A stretch of 64,000 bases of DNA, taken from contig CDLV01000005.1 of assembly GCA_001244265.2 (NCBI GenBank), forward strand, positions 558,001 to 622,000. Direction: 5' to 3'. The notes under the pieces were generated by a model that ran no database searches, was not told where the DNA came from, and worked only from the letters and a program-made list of their open reading frames with translations. Positions within the stretch are counted from its first letter, which is position 1, and each line of letters begins with the position of its first letter. The stretch comes from Microbotryum violaceum (lineage: Eukaryota). A program made the translations under genes and the position numbers. Positions 1-13,303 of the stretch are shown piece after piece.

Positions 1-348
1 CTTTCGTGCTGTACCCCCTCCTGTCAAGCAACGTCTAGGACATCCCGCGAGAGGTTCTCGGCGATTGTAGCTATCTGAGACATTCCGAGTTCAGAGTCGG
101 ACTGCAAACCTGTGATCGGCGCGCGTCTTAACTCGATCTCCCGGGCCACAAGCCACTTTCGACTCGTCGGCCTCCGTGACGTTTCAACCTAGGACAGGGT
201 CCCAACCACCACCATGGCGGCTACCGCAAATTATTCCACGTCCAGTGGTTCGACCAGTCGTACTTCTATGTTCAAGAGCAAGGTCAGTGCTCGTACGGTC
301 GCTGTGGTTAAGAGGCCTTGCCGAGAGCCGGAGTTGCGCTGACATCAT

Positions 349-2967
349 TTGGTCTCCGGCTGCTCCGGTACACGTTGTATGCAGATCACCAAAGCAGCGC
401 AGGCCGTTCGCAATTTGTCGCAGCAACCCGTAACCACCTCCGTACCCGAGGTGTTAAGATCCAAACCGCATGACACCCCGCCTTCGTACACGACCTCGCC
501 CGAAAGCCCAGCCGGTTTGGCCTTCCGCAGGGCACGCTCGGCACTCGCGGGCGTGACCTCGACGGTGACGCCCAAGTCGCCTCGAGCCGAGACTCGAACC
601 TCTCCGCGACCGAATGATGAAGCACGACAGAACAGCTTTCGTAGGGCGAAGGCCAATTCGGCTTCGTTCCGATTAGCGATTGCAGGAAATGGTATTCCTC
701 CTTCCCCACCCATGCCCGAGCCTGTCTTCAACGTGCTCTCGATTCAGGGCCTCAAGGACTATGCGCCGGGTCCAGGCCTGGATAACACGGGTTTCACTGC
801 ACGGGCTCAGACCCCGGATGAAGACGTACCCATGACCCGCGAATGGCGGTACAAGGACAGCTACCTGCCCCGCACATCACTTGGACCCTCATTCACGGTC
901 CCCGCACTCGATGGACTTGGATTGGTCGGCTTCGGAGAGGAGGACATTGTCATGTCGGACACCACCGCGCAGGCGCACACAGCACGCATGGCAAGATCGT
1001 CCTCCGCCGGCACCCCGACTCAGCAAGGTGACAGCCTCAGCAATAAGTCCGTCACTTCCGAGTCAAAGAACGTAGCTGGACTCACCCGACCGCGTGCAAG
1101 ACTCGATCGGACTAGCTCATCGTCATTGCATACGCTCGAAATCAAGCTAGCATCCGCAAGCTTTAGGCTATCCGCAGCCGATGCGGTAGCACTGGCCGCG
1201 TCGCAACCGCTCGCCGAGTCTGCTTCTCCTCGCAAAACCTCGGTACCGGATTTTCATTCCAAGGTCGCAGAATATCGAAGAAGGGAAACCAACCAGCTCA
1301 ACCCGACTTCGCGACTCGGGGCCATGGGACCGGCGCTCGTTGCTGAGAGGCGGAGAACGGTCGCTGGCGATCCACGATCATTGAGGTTGAGTATGAATCG
1401 AGCTTCCCTGCGCGAGTCTCTGTACAAGCCTCTACCGAGAAAGCCCACGATGCAAGCACCTTCTTTGCGCGGCGCTCCGTCGGGCTATTGTATTCGACCG
1501 AGCGTGTCAACTTCGACCCAAACTCCCTCTTGGTGGCCATCATCAACGTATGCCCCCTCGGCATCGAGCTCGGCCAAGTCTGTTAACACGGACAATACGG
1601 TTCCCTCCACATCTTTGATGCCTAGGAGTGCAGTGCACAAGTGGAGCAACACCCCTCCACAAGCCTATTCGTCTTTCCCCATCAGCGATCTCGCATTGCT
1701 CGCCACGCCTGCCAACCTCGAGGCGTTCCCTTCGCCAAGCCTCTATTCAGTCGCTGACACCGCCGCGTCACCGCCCTTACCGCGACTTCCCGTCGAAGCG
1801 TGGAACTCTTTGACGCTGCAGTACGAGCCCGAGCCCCAACCTGTCCAGATGTCCTCATCGGGCCCCCGCAACATGTCCCGCCGGACGTCGACAAGCTCAA
1901 ACTCGCCGACTCTTCACTCGCCATCGCTCATGTCTTCTGCCCGGCTCGTGTCCCCTGCGATAGTCACCCCGAACGTGAAGGCCGAGTTTGTACCGGCCCC
2001 ATCATCCAGCGCGGAACCTCGTCTCACCCCAAATCAAGCCGAGCATACCAGCTCTGCTGAGAAGGACAATGAGGTGCCGATTCCCGCAGCCGTGCCCCGT
2101 CCCGAAGCCCGACATTCGTTGCGCTCGACTCGAGCCACCTCAATGTATGCTTCTCAGGGCACACGATCGTCCATGGCTAGCAACGGGAAGCGTGGGTCTT
2201 TGCCTTCCGAGTCTCTATCCTGGAGCGAATCACGACCCTACGTTCGAGCGCGGCCCGTAAGCGTCTTCAATCCGCTGTACCAACCCTCGGTGCCTTTCCA
2301 ACCGCAGAAGAAACTGGCGCCCATCGACCACGACACGTTGGCCTCGGGTGATCGTCTGCGTGAGAGACGATTGAGCTCTGTCTCTAGGCTGAGCTCCGCG
2401 TCGTTGAACAAACCAGAACGTCGGCTTTCTGGTATGGATGGCTCGGACGAGTATTCGACGGCCCACAATTGGTCGCCACTCGGTGACTCGGGTGGATCGC
2501 TTATGAGGATCAGTGCCTCGTTCGCTGCGGCTCCGATTGCGCAGCCAACCGAGAGTGGCCCAGAGGACAACATCGGTCCCAAGACCTTGGCGCCGCCATC
2601 GGCCAGGGTGACTTCGCCGCCTGTTTTCAGCTCGCCCATCATCATCCCTGCCACCCCAATTCCCGCATCCACAAGTAGAATTCCCTCCGTTCCCCACGAT
2701 GACGATGATGCCGACGACGGCGAGCTTCTGTTGGTAGCCCCCATCGCTCGTCGTGCGTCGAGCCTCTCGGTCGACAGCGCTGCGACCCGTCGTTACTCAT
2801 CTTCGACGACGCCTCCACCTGGCCCAACCCCATCGCCGCTTAGGATATCGAGTTTGTCCGCGTCACCTGATACCCTAACAGTGCGCAGGAAGAGCTTCGG
2901 TCCCCCGGTCAACCCGCCTTCGCCGATGAGGAGGAGTCCTTCACCCGCCGTAGGGGTGGACGCTTGA
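349..2967 (+). CDS. Uncharacterised Ser/Pro-rich, probably disordered protein (~860 aa); first ATG near 378
   Basis: Uninterrupted 872-codon ORF with low-complexity S/P/A/R composition; no domain recognised. Confidence 0.75.
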   Translation: MVSGCSGTRCMQITKAAQAVRNLSQQPVTTSVPEVLRSKPHDTPPSYTTSPESPAGLAFRRARSALAGVTSTVTPKSPRAETRTSPRPNDEARQNSFRRAKANSASFRLAIAGNGIPPSPPMPEPVFNVLSIQGLKDYAPGPGLDNTGFTARAQTPDEDVPMTREWRYKDSYLPRTSLGPSFTVPALDGLGLVGFGEEDIVMSDTTAQAHTARMARSSSAGTPTQQGDSLSNKSVTSESKNVAGLTRPRARLDRTSSSSLHTLEIKLASASFRLSAADAVALAASQPLAESASPRKTSVPDFHSKVAEYRRRETNQLNPTSRLGAMGPALVAERRRTVAGDPRSLRLSMNRASLRESLYKPLPRKPTMQAPSLRGAPSGYCIRPSVSTSTQTPSWWPSSTYAPSASSSAKSVNTDNTVPSTSLMPRSAVHKWSNTPPQAYSSFPISDLALLATPANLEAFPSPSLYSVADTAASPPLPRLPVEAWNSLTLQYEPEPQPVQMSSSGPRNMSRRTSTSSNSPTLHSPSLMSSARLVSPAIVTPNVKAEFVPAPSSSAEPRLTPNQAEHTSSAEKDNEVPIPAAVPRPEARHSLRSTRATSMYASQGTRSSMASNGKRGSLPSESLSWSESRPYVRARPVSVFNPLYQPSVPFQPQKKLAPIDHDTLASGDRLRERRLSSVSRLSSASLNKPERRLSGMDGSDEYSTAHNWSPLGDSGGSLMRISASFAAAPIAQPTESGPEDNIGPKTLAPPSARVTSPPVFSSPIIIPATPIPASTSRIPSVPHDDDDADDGELLLVAPIARRASSLSVDSAATRRYSSSTTPPPGPTPSPLRISSLSASPDTLTVRRKSFGPPVNPPSPMRRSPSPAVGVDA

Positions 2968-3296
2968 GCTTGATCGGGCCCAGATCCTAATCTTCCGCCT
3001 CTGCATGACTTGACTATGATGCCACTTTACTCAACTAACTGCGTACCTCATAACGACACTGTTCGTGTTTCTTTATAAACCGAAGTAATGACAATTACAA
3101 GCAAAGCAAGAGAAATTTCAAAAAGCCAAGGAGGAAGACTTCATCCGATCCGTGATTGGTGCATCAGCGAGAGGAGATTAATCCGAAAGTATAACGGTGA
3201 CACTAGCCAGGTGGCAAAGGGGTATAACAGTGTGCTGTACGGCGGTAAATCAAGACACAAGGGCGCAAAATTGCGGGCCGACTCTTTTCAGTTGAT

Positions 3297-5996
3297 TTAG
3301 ACGACACCTTCCCTCATCCTGCCGTGCCCTTGGCTCGTGGTGAATCGACTGCGAAAGAAGAACGCAGCCATGACGATCAGAACCCACCGAACAATATGCG
3401 ACTCCTGGGAAGGGAGAGATCACTCACTGAAAGCAAGCATCGAATTTCTGAATTTCCTCGGCCATGGTCTCGAGCACGTCGATGCTGTCCTTGAGGTGGG
3501 TCGCCAACATCCTTCGACGCCCGTCCGAGACGCGTGAATCCATGGCTCGATATTGCTCCGATAACTCGATGTACAATCTGAAGGGCGCGAAAGAATTGGC
3601 AAGATAAGATGTCTGAATCGATGAAACGAGCTTTTGGAGAAACGCTTACTGTTTCTGCACCGCGAACGCCTGTTCCATTTTTTCCAACGTAGACCTCAAT
3701 TCCAGCTTGTGGTCGACCGCCGGCGCTGCTGCAGGAGCAGCATTTTGCACGTTCGGACCCGCACCTCCCAAGTCCTTCTCATTCGCATTCCCTCCAACAT
3801 CCAGATTCCCACGCCTCCTCGGTCCCTGTGCCTTCTTCTTCTTCAGCCCGTTCCCACAGAGCTTGCAAATGTTCTTCCTCCTCTTGGACGGGTCTTGCAT
3901 CGACATGGATTCGAATAAGGCTTCGGCGCGGCGGAAGTCGGGTTCGAGCATCGGGGAGGAAGCAGCGGTGGAAGCGGAATCGTTGGCGGCGATTGAGGAA
4001 TCCGCTGTAGAAGCGTAGGACTCGTCGTATGCTGCTTCGTTGTGCGTGGGTTGGGGAGCTGCGCACGCGCGCACAGGAGCTGCGTTGGGGGCCGGGGCAG
4101 AAGCGGGTGCGGCACGTGCATGAACGGGTTGACGTGGGGGCGCCGTCGCGGGTCGGATGATGGGTTGCGGTGGTGGGATCGTCGTCGGTTCAGCGGCCCA
4201 ACGATGCGTCGTCCTCTGAGCACGAGGAGTACGATCCGGATCGACATTGGCCGTGGCCGCCATTTGACCCGGCGGTGGCGTAGATCCTCCAGTCCTCAAA
4301 TGATGTCCCTCCATCTCTCTCTTCCGACTCATTTCCTCCCGTTCCCACTGTTCCTTTACCAGCTTGTCGTGCAACAACTCTTCTACGGCATTCTTGACCA
4401 CGTTCGTCTCGGTCAACATCGTCTTGAGCCTTTCATTCAACTCGCTCACGCGTTGTCGATCATGCTCATTGACACGGGGAAGAGCACGAAGTTGAGCGAT
4501 CGCGATCTCATGAGAAGCGACTTGGCGTTCGAGTTGGGTCAAACGGGCTCGAAAGGTCGATTCCTGATCACGGCGCAGGAACATGTCCTCGACTTCTCGG
4601 CGAGTCAATCCGGGCGAACTTTGCGCTGGTGCTTGGACGAAAGCGGGCGAGGCGCGTCGAACTCCGACGGCGGGGGGTTGGTCTTTCTCCGCCAAGGCTC
4701 GCATGAGTTGAGCGTTCACCGCTTCGGCGTCTTGCAATCGAGAACGCAGATCGTCGATGGCGTTCGCGACGGCGGTAGCTGTAGGGTCCAGGATTCCAGT
4801 TTCGACGGCAAGATCAGTCGCTGGACACTCGTAAACTGCAAGGCTAGCCAAGCTGACGTTCTCTTACCTTCACTTCCGACAGCTTGAGCAGAGTTTGGCC
4901 TTCTGGGAACAGGAGCAGCCATATGCTGATTCCTCGACCTAGCCGGGCTCGTCAGACCATCAGTCAGACCCGTCACATCAGGCAAGCGATGCGATGGCTC
5001 GCCAAAGTGAGGCGTCGAAGAAGGAACTCTCGAGCGATTGCTGTAGGTCGGACCCATCTTGGGCGAGAAGGAATGGATCGCACTGGCTCGAGATGCGGCG
5101 TTGTTGATATTGGAAGGCGACCGCAACGGGAAAGTCTTGGACGCAGCGGGCATGAAGGAGGAAGAAGGCCCAGCAGCGGTGACAGGGGGTCGATTCTCAT
5201 CGGTCGGAGGAGGGCGTGCCGCGGCAGCCGCTGGAGCGAAAGGAGGTGAAGCAGCAGGTGACCTCTGCATGCCCGTGAAGGTGAGATCCTCCTGGTCAAG
5301 TGCGCGGGCCGCTGCGCGGATGGCAGACCCGGTTGGCATTGCAGAATGAGCCGCTGCTGAGCTGGCTCGATTCCCTGCCAGTCCGATCCTGAGCGAGAAA
5401 TCGTCGCCGATGGTAGGATCGGACGACTCGCCGTTGTCTTCTGCGCCGGAAGATTCGTCCTCAATCCTCGCTCGCAACCCCTGGTGCTGTTGGTGGTGAC
5501 GTTGACGAGGCAAAGTCGACGTTTGCTGTCGGAGACCGCCACGGGCTTGCTCGAGATCATCCGAGAGATCACCATAGCCGATCGAATCCCCCGATGAGGA
5601 TGCACCAGATCGGAGACCACCAGCCTGACGGTTGAGCTCGCCCATACCGAGCCTGATTTCGTTCTCGAGGTCGAGACGTTCACGCTCGGTGTTGTCGGTG
5701 AGGATGCCGCCCTCTTCCTCGATCACACGAGGGACCGAGGCGTAGGCCGGACTGGACGAAGGGGGCGGCGCAGCGGCGAATCGACCGTTGAGGTTTCCGA
5801 AAGCGGTGCGGCTCACGGGTGGTTGGGCATGCTGGAATATGGCACGCTTGATCTCGGACGAGAGGTTGGAGCGGGACCTGGATGGCTTGAGGGAGGTGAT
5901 GAGGGTCGAGTGATGACCCGAGGAGGACGCCGGGGTGGGAGTGTCGAGCGGGTAGCGTTGTTGACGCATCTGCGACGGCGTATGAGCGACCGACAT
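3297..5996 (-). CDS. Cep57-like centrosome/SPB microtubule-binding coiled-coil protein (spliced)
   Basis: ORFs 4716-6005 and 3646-4851 joined by a GT-AG intron. Contains an LPDVTGLT motif, a coiled coil, and C-terminal LEKMEQAFAVQKQ...ELSEQYRAMDSRVSDGRRRMLATHLKDSIDVLE resembling the fungal Cep57 MT-binding domain. Confidence 0.7.
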
Positions 5997-6350
5997 GAAA
6001 AGCAATCCAAAGCGTATGTGGGCCTATTCTTTCGCACGTCTATGGTGTACGTCTGCACAAATGAAGTAGCCCGGCGATGTGGGCTAAGTCCAAGTCGAGC
6101 CAAGGCAGGCGACGGATCGTTCAACTCGTTCCGGATGGGTGCGCAGCGAGCCCAGGCAACTGTCACGGCGGCAAGGAGCGGGATCCAAGAATCAAGAGCC
6201 GTGCTAGTGTCTTCTTGAAAGTAGGTGATAGGCAGACAGCTGTTGAACAGGGTCTCGTATGCACTCGCTGCCAGGTGAATGAGATGGGAAAGGAGAGCCG
6301 AAAAGGCAAGGGCGCGCCGGCTCGATTGTTTGTTGCTCATTTGGCGGCAC

Positions 6351-6362
6351 GGTCACGTGACC
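6351..6362. promoter_or_regulatory. Perfect palindromic E-box GGTCACGTGACC (bHLH/Cbf1-type site) in a divergent promoter
   Basis: 12-bp palindrome between the divergent starts of the Cep57-like gene and SFM1. Confidence 0.4.
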
Positions 6363-6629
6363 TCCGTAGGCATGCATGTCATACTTGGCCTTTCGTTGCC
6401 GGTCTCGAGATGCAGTTGCTTTCCCACACATCGTTCAAGAGAATTTCATCATCGATGTGAGTGCTGACCACTCTGTCACAGAACGCCGAGTCGCCGACTT
6501 GGCGGCTACCGCGCATTTCAGGCCGCTCAGGCCACCCTTCGCACGCTGCGTCCTAACCCAGCCCTCAGCCTCAGCTTCCGGATCTCTTCCTCAGCTCTTG
6601 CCTTCGATCCCTCATAATCTCTCGACATC

Positions 6630-7770
6630 ATGCCTACCTATGTAATCGGTTAGTATCTCTTCCACTCCTGGTCTAGTCAGAGGTCGCTTCATCGCCAGTC
6701 ACTCGTACGCTTCCTCACCCCCCTATATCCTTCCTCCTCCCCTGTCGCCTGCACAGAACACATGGAATCCGACGAATCCGACGGATCCTTCCCCCCCTGG
6801 GTCTCGCTCGAATACTCGCAAATGCTGCACCTCGCCTCCCCCTCCCAGGTGATATTCTCGTCCCTCTCCCCGCAGTCCGTCTCTTCCCTCGGAGGTCTGC
6901 TCGAATCGCGAAGAGCGTCGAAAGCTTCGTACCGGGCTGAAACCAGAAGCATTCTCGAATTGATGAAGGCAGAAGGGGTGGATTTGAGCAAGGTGTGCCT
7001 GTTGGATCCCAAGGCGCAGAAGGAGGTCTCGGTCGAGGATCGGGAAGAGTTTGACTGGTTCTTGTGGGTCGGGAATGATGGCAGGCCTGCTTGGGAGAGA
7101 CAGAACTGACAAATACGCCTCTTTTGATTCGAAAGGTTTGGTGGTATCTTGGGAGACGACCCCCCTCGAGGTGAGCCTCCCGACCTGGGAAAGACCAAGT
7201 TTTCGGCTCAGCCAATGCCAATCTTACCCTTCCGCCCATCCTTCCCCAGACCGAACCGGTGAACTTCGCAAACTCGGTTTCCCGACCCGCCATCTCGGTC
7301 CCGTACAAATGACGACCGACACCGCGCTCGGAGTCACCAAGATCGTCGTGCAAGATCAAAGTCAGTTCCAAATTGCTTCTTTAACAAATGCGTCGAAGGA
7401 TTGACACTGTTCCTTTTTGATCTAACCAGTCCCATTGGACAAGATTCCTTTCGTCAACCACCCTACAATCCGATTCGACGAGATTGAATCCGTAGAGGTT
7501 AGTCCTAGAGCTTTGACTCTGAAGCATCCCGATGATATTTTGCGGAGTTGACTTCCAGCTCTCTTGATCGCAGATGCCCTTCCGCTACGTTGCCGATGCT
7601 CAAGGCGAACCGATCTTGCCGAAAGGGATGCGAGAATTGCTTAGGTAGGTCTAAAATATCCTCGCATAGCTCTAATGCTCGCTGACCACTTGTTCTCCTT
7701 TCACTTGCGCAGGGAGGACATGGACAAAGGATTCGACAACTTTGATGATGACGAGGAACCGAGCAAGTAA
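6630..7770 (+). CDS. SFM1: SPOUT-family SAM-dependent methyltransferase Sfm1 (multi-exon)
   Basis: Spliced translation MPTYVIEHME...WVSLEY...VCLLDP...FLFGGILGDDPPRDRTGELRKLGFPTRHLGPVQMTTDTA...ESVEMPFRYV, characteristic of Sfm1/DUF431. Confidence 0.9.
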
Positions 7771-7977
7771 GGATGATGGACCATGTTGCAATATTACGTT
7801 CGAGAAGGGGAACTGCTCTCTCGACAATCACCACCACTATGACGCTGTATTCCAACAGACTTATGTGCGGTCCAGCGCGGAAAGTACTTCTCGAGATTAC
7901 AACTCGGACGCCAAAGGCGCCAGATTACAAATTTGAGCTTTTCCCGCTTCACTCGCCGTTACTAGGGAATCCTTGTT

Positions 7978-8010
<33 letters not shown>

Positions 8011-8250
8011 GTTCAGTGGGTAATCCTGCCTGATCTGAGGTCTAATCTTAAATTGATTGGACTAATAGTCGGGAATTTGAAAGCTTCCACTTTTCCCAGG
8101 CCAGCCATTACACCCCCGTGAAGGGATGCCATGTCCTCAGCGAATAGTCTATTACGCCGAGTCAATCTGATCTCGAGGGGTAGGATGCTATGCTCTCTCG
8201 AAAACGGATGAAGTCTATCGAAAACACACCATACATCCTCGACCACCTAC

Positions 8251-10163
8251 TCAAACCCCGGACCTCTGACCGCCCCAAACGGTCTCCTCCTCCCCCGAGT
8301 CATAACCCCCTCCCGTCCCATTCATCACCGGGCTCAAACTCTTCCCGTAAATTGGTGCCCCCCAATCACCGGACATGGGGTCAGGTGGGGCATCTGCTTC
8401 GGTGACGCAGGAAAGTTCACCATGCCTTCTTCCTCCTTGGTGGTTTGAGTGGCGTGCTTTGCGAGGGGAAGTTAGAGGTGTGTGGGTGGTGTGCTTGGAT
8501 TTGTTTGGGTCCCCTCCTGTTAAAGAAGAGCTTTGGGAACTCGTTCGTTGGTGATGGTGCGCCGAAGAGATGTCGTTCGATGTGCCTGTTAGTGGTGACG
8601 AGTCGTGAGGTGAAGAGTCGTGATCTTCTTCCTCCTCCTCGTCTTCCTCCTCGTTGTTAACCCTCCCATTAGAAACAGGTCTCAACGACGACAAAGGCTT
8701 AGGCGAGGCCCCATCACTCGAATCTCTCGAATGCGACGACTTGTTCCTTCGGAACGTCCCTCGTCGAGGCGTCAAATTCTTCTCCCGTGGTCCCTCCGAC
8801 GAATCCTCCCCTCTCCCCCCACCCCTTGGTGACGCCTTGGTCGGCGTTTCATCCAAACCCAACGCATCAGAAACCGAAACACTCGTTGAAGTAGTCGTCT
8901 TCCAACTCCCCGCTTTGGGCGTCGTCGTACTATCCTCCCTCGACGTCGCTCGACTTGACCCGGGTCTCGGTAGATCGTTCTGCGTTCGGTTGTCATCCTC
9001 GTCATCGATCGAGATGCTACTCCTCTTGCTCCCTCCCAAACCAAGGTTCATGCCCAATGGTGGCAAGACGGTAAATATATCCCTGGGCGGTTCATCGTGC
9101 GCTTTGTAGACATTGAAAGGGTCCGGATGCTCATTCATCATCGCCTCAAGCACCGGATCACTCGTGCCCTTCGTCGCGAGCCGATCCGAAAGATCAACGG
9201 TCGAACGTAGCACAAGCGCAATCTTGACCGAAATGGAATGCCACGTCTCCGTTTCGTGCTCCAAAACTTCGCCGTAATAGCTCCGCTTGCACACCTCGAC
9301 TTGCATCACTTGTTCTTGCAACCTCTCGAGCGCTTTCCGGAATTGCGCCAGATCACGGTTCTGTGGGAGGAGTTCGTAAAAGCTATCAGCGTACCTCTCC
9401 AAAGAGGGTAGCTGGGATTATACGCCTCCCCACCTTTTTCCTGCCCTGCTTCATGTTCTCCATCTCGGTCTGGCGGATCGCGGCGGTCTTTTCGGCCAAG
9501 AGGGCTTCGTATTCGCTGTGACGCGCCGAGACGGTCGCGACGTACGTGTCGTACGCGTGGAGCAATGGGATCTCGAACGATCGGTACAAGGTGTCGCTCT
9601 GTAACAGTCACCCAAACGAGCATCAGCTCGACCTCCAAAGTTTGAACTCGCGCACGCGTTCGAACCAATCGAGAAAACCGAAACTGACGAGAATCTGCCC
9701 CGAACTAGCGACGAGGTATTGCATCCCACTCGCAGCAAGGAGTTGTTCGCCACTCGTTCCAGCACCTTTGACTCGTGCGCATTCCTCCAAAGCATGTGCG
9801 AAGCCGGTCGAGGCTGCATGCATAGTCATGTCCCACGTTGTCGACCAATGAACGACCGTCGAGATCAGCTCGGTATACCACGGAAAACAATAGCGCGTCT
9901 TAAAAGTCGCTGGGCAACTGACCCGCACTAAGCGCCAACATGGCATTCCTATACGCCTTGGCAGCAGCCAACAGGTTCTCATACGCCGCGACCGAAGCCC
10001 GCAAATCGGCTCGATTGATGATCAACGCTGGTCCTGCGGCGCCGAGATCGAGGAACGAAGCGGAGGTTGTCGCTGTCAGAGTTGGGGAGGCATCGCCTCT
10101 TCGGTTGGACTGATGCGTGGCTTGTTGAGTGGCGGAGCGGAAGGAGCGGATTGATGGAGCCAT
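8251..10163 (-). CDS. IVY1: Ivy1-like I-BAR/IMD domain phospholipid-binding protein (spliced)
   Basis: IINRADLRASVAAYENLLAAAKAYRNAM...FAHALEECARVKG...LYRSFEIPLL helical domain followed by a disordered tail. Confidence 0.7.
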
Positions 10164-10598
10164 GGTTGATCGACTTGTGATGGAGGATGGGGAACAGGGA
10201 CAGCGGGGAACAGACTCGAGTTGAGACGGAGGACAGCTTCCGCGAGCCGACTAGAAGCTACCGAGCGGTTCGAGTGGGCAGACGAGAGCCAAGCCTTGAA
10301 GACAGTCGCGGGAGAGACGTCGTGTCGAGTACGCAGGTGGAGGGTGGGAGCGAAACAGAGGCACATCCTCATCGCGTCGCGCGCTTCCACAGCCCGAGCG
10401 CCCTAACGTACTTTCACGTGCACCGCTAATCTAATCAAGTCGAGCGGAGCCATAGGCTGAGTGTATGCACCTCTCGAGAAGCCAAGGCCAAATAGATCTT
10501 GAAACCTGTGCGATGGCATGCGCATCTCATGAAATGCTAGATGTCAAAACCAAGGCAACAGTCTGTGCCACATCTGACATGCCACAACACATCCGCTC

Positions 10599-12486
10599 TC
10601 AAACGATCATCAAATTCGCCACATCCACGACGACCGTCTCGCCCAAATTGACGATCCCAAATTTGCCCTTGTCATGCTCGACCCCACCCAATTCCGACTC
10701 GAATGCAACGCCTTCCTCATCACATGCATCTTGCAACTCGATGATGGCTTCGAGCGATTCCTCCTCCGCGCCGATAAAGGTACCGAAATGAACGCCGATC
10801 GAAGTACGCGACCGAACGTCCAAGTGAATCGCCACGGCGTCGGCGGGGGAACCATGCAAAGCAGCGGGTATATTCTCGTGCGCAAGCTGTGAGCTTAAGG
10901 CAAACGCTACTCTAGCTCGGCTTACGCTCGCGAGAAGCTGTCGATCCCGTACTCACTCGTAGTCCAATCCAAGAAACAAATCCTAGTGAGCCACCTCGCC
11001 AGATTGGGATAAAGGAGAGGTCGAACGGGCCGTACTTCTGGCCAATTTCTGCGTCGTAGAATTGGGATTAGCCCATACCCGTCAAAGCATGTTGACGAAC
11101 AATCGACTGACCCTCAAAGACGGGACAGACAACCTTGGAGTTCTTATGCCGCCGGTACCCCGTATCGCTGCAAGACTCGGATAACTTTGAATAAGTCTGG
11201 GAAGGGCGGTCGCCGGTCACACAACCAGATAACCGACTTACCCAGCATGATAGATGGCGCCTTTCCTCGTGATATGCTCCGTCGACTGGTCCCCATCTTT
11301 GGTAGCCAGCGAGTGGACGAAGTGCTCCACAACCCACCCACACCACAGCGTAGAGCCTTGGTCCAATGCGGCTCGGCCTGATATGAACCCATCCTCCCTA
11401 TAAGCACAATTTACCAAGCTCTCGCTCATACCATCCTTCTCAGCAGCACAGGACTGACCCGAATTGTGCTGACTCGGGACGCAAGTGAACCTCAACCTCG
11501 ATGTCTCCTGGGCGCCAGAAGGATCGGCTTCGTACCCAATCTCTTCGGGGCAAAACTCCTTCTTGTCCCACCAATCCATCTCGTGAATCCTGTCTTGCGG
11601 TGCGCCCGTGTCCAGGAACCATTTGCGATTACCTGCAGTTTAAATCGGGATTAGGAGCAGGAACTTCCGACTTTACGGAAAAGAGGTCAAGGTGGACTGA
11701 CCCAGGGGTATAAAGTAATGGGATTTGGGGTATTGCTCAATAACTGCTTGAATAGACGATAAATCCAAATGATCATAACTGCCGGCGTGAAAGGGAACCA
11801 GAACGAAACGAGCATCAGCTCACATCCCCAAGTGGCGAGTAAGAATGTTCGGCCGCTCGGACTGACTGGTTATGCGAGATAAACACGGCATCGCACCCCG
11901 GCAGCTCGTCGACCTGACAAGGACTATCCTTCAACCTCGTCGGACCCGTATAAGCCGTCGGCCCCGCCCTACCCGAAAAGATCGGATCGAACGACAGCTT
12001 GACACTCCTCGGTTCGGCTTTTCCTCTTTCCCCATCGACCAAAGGCACTTCGCACCATGCCGAAGCATGGCCCAACCATGTGCCTAGCAGCTTGCCTTGT
12101 TTGTTCATGCCCTCGCACGGTGTATGGGTCTGCGAGGAACCGTGGGATAGTTTCGCGGCGCCCCAGTCGGGTTTGAGGACTTGCAAGGCCCGTGCTCTGG
12201 GGTGCTCGTGGAGATGCCGATGAGGAAATCCGATCGGTAATCCGCCCGATAACATCTCGGACAACGAGGGGGCACTGGCGGATGGCCAGGGGTTCTTGAA
12301 GGAGGACTTGCTGTCGTTGGCATGGTGCGCAGGTCGGGAGCGAGAGGTGGACGTGGTTTGGTTGGTGGTGGATGACGACGATGAGGATGATGAGCTCGGC
12401 GAGGCGTCGGCGGTGGTGGCACGTGTGTCCTGAGCCTGATCATCGTTGCCCTGCTTGCCCTGCTTGGTTTTGATCATGCCCCACAT
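10599..12486 (-). CDS. NAPE-specific phospholipase D-like metallo-beta-lactamase (multi-exon)
   Basis: FKNPWPS, TWLGHAS, DPIFSGRAGP, spliced ISHNHYDHLD, PSQHNSGR, LWCGWVV and SIGVHFGTF motifs. Confidence 0.9.
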
Positions 12487-13303
12487 CGTTGGCGGTGGCT
12501 TCAGAGGAGTCTGTGGAGTGTATTATGAGGGTAGTAGCGCTGCCTCGATCCAAGAGCGGAGGCGCGAATGCAAGAGACGATGACGAGGGCGATCCAAAGA
12601 TGAGCGAAATGAATGAGCGCGCCCGGAGCCCATCCAAATGAAGCCAGCCCTATAGCCTGCCAAGCCTGGCCAACCAGAGGTAGCCATCGCGGTCAATCAG
12701 TATCAAATGACGTTCGTCCGCGTTCGAGCCAAGCCTTTCTCAAAACGTGCGCCAGTGCGCACCTCACCGGCCTCACACTCGGCGGTCACTTAGTGCGCGA
12801 ACAGCCCACTCTGCAAGCCAGCTTCAACATGTTTGTTTTGCTTCAGTTACACATGGTTGGACGTTGGGAGTAGGAGGCTCGGACGCATTTTGGGAGCCCG
12901 CTAGGGACAGTAAAAGAAGAAGAAAACGGGGGGTTTAAAAAGGTGAAGCGGGATAGGGACGAAAACACACTCAGCCACACATGTACAATCGCTTCACCCG
13001 GGGTAACCTCCGATGAGGTCGTCGAGAGAGGATCAGGAAGAAGGTCAAGAGCGGGCGGCCGAGCGATGGAAGAGGAAGAGGAGGCCTTGCTTGAGAGAAG
13101 ATGCTGACGACGGAAAGCGAGAGGCGACACGACGGGGGGTGAGGGAACGTTGTTGACAGAAAGAATCAAACACGGGGGAGGGAGAGACGCGCAACAGATG
13201 GGGATCCTGATACTCGACGAGATACACACATATGATCGATAAATGTCAAAAGCGAAGGCTGGTAGGCTAGATGGACGGGGGTTGGAGCCCAAGAGTCTCG
13301 CGA

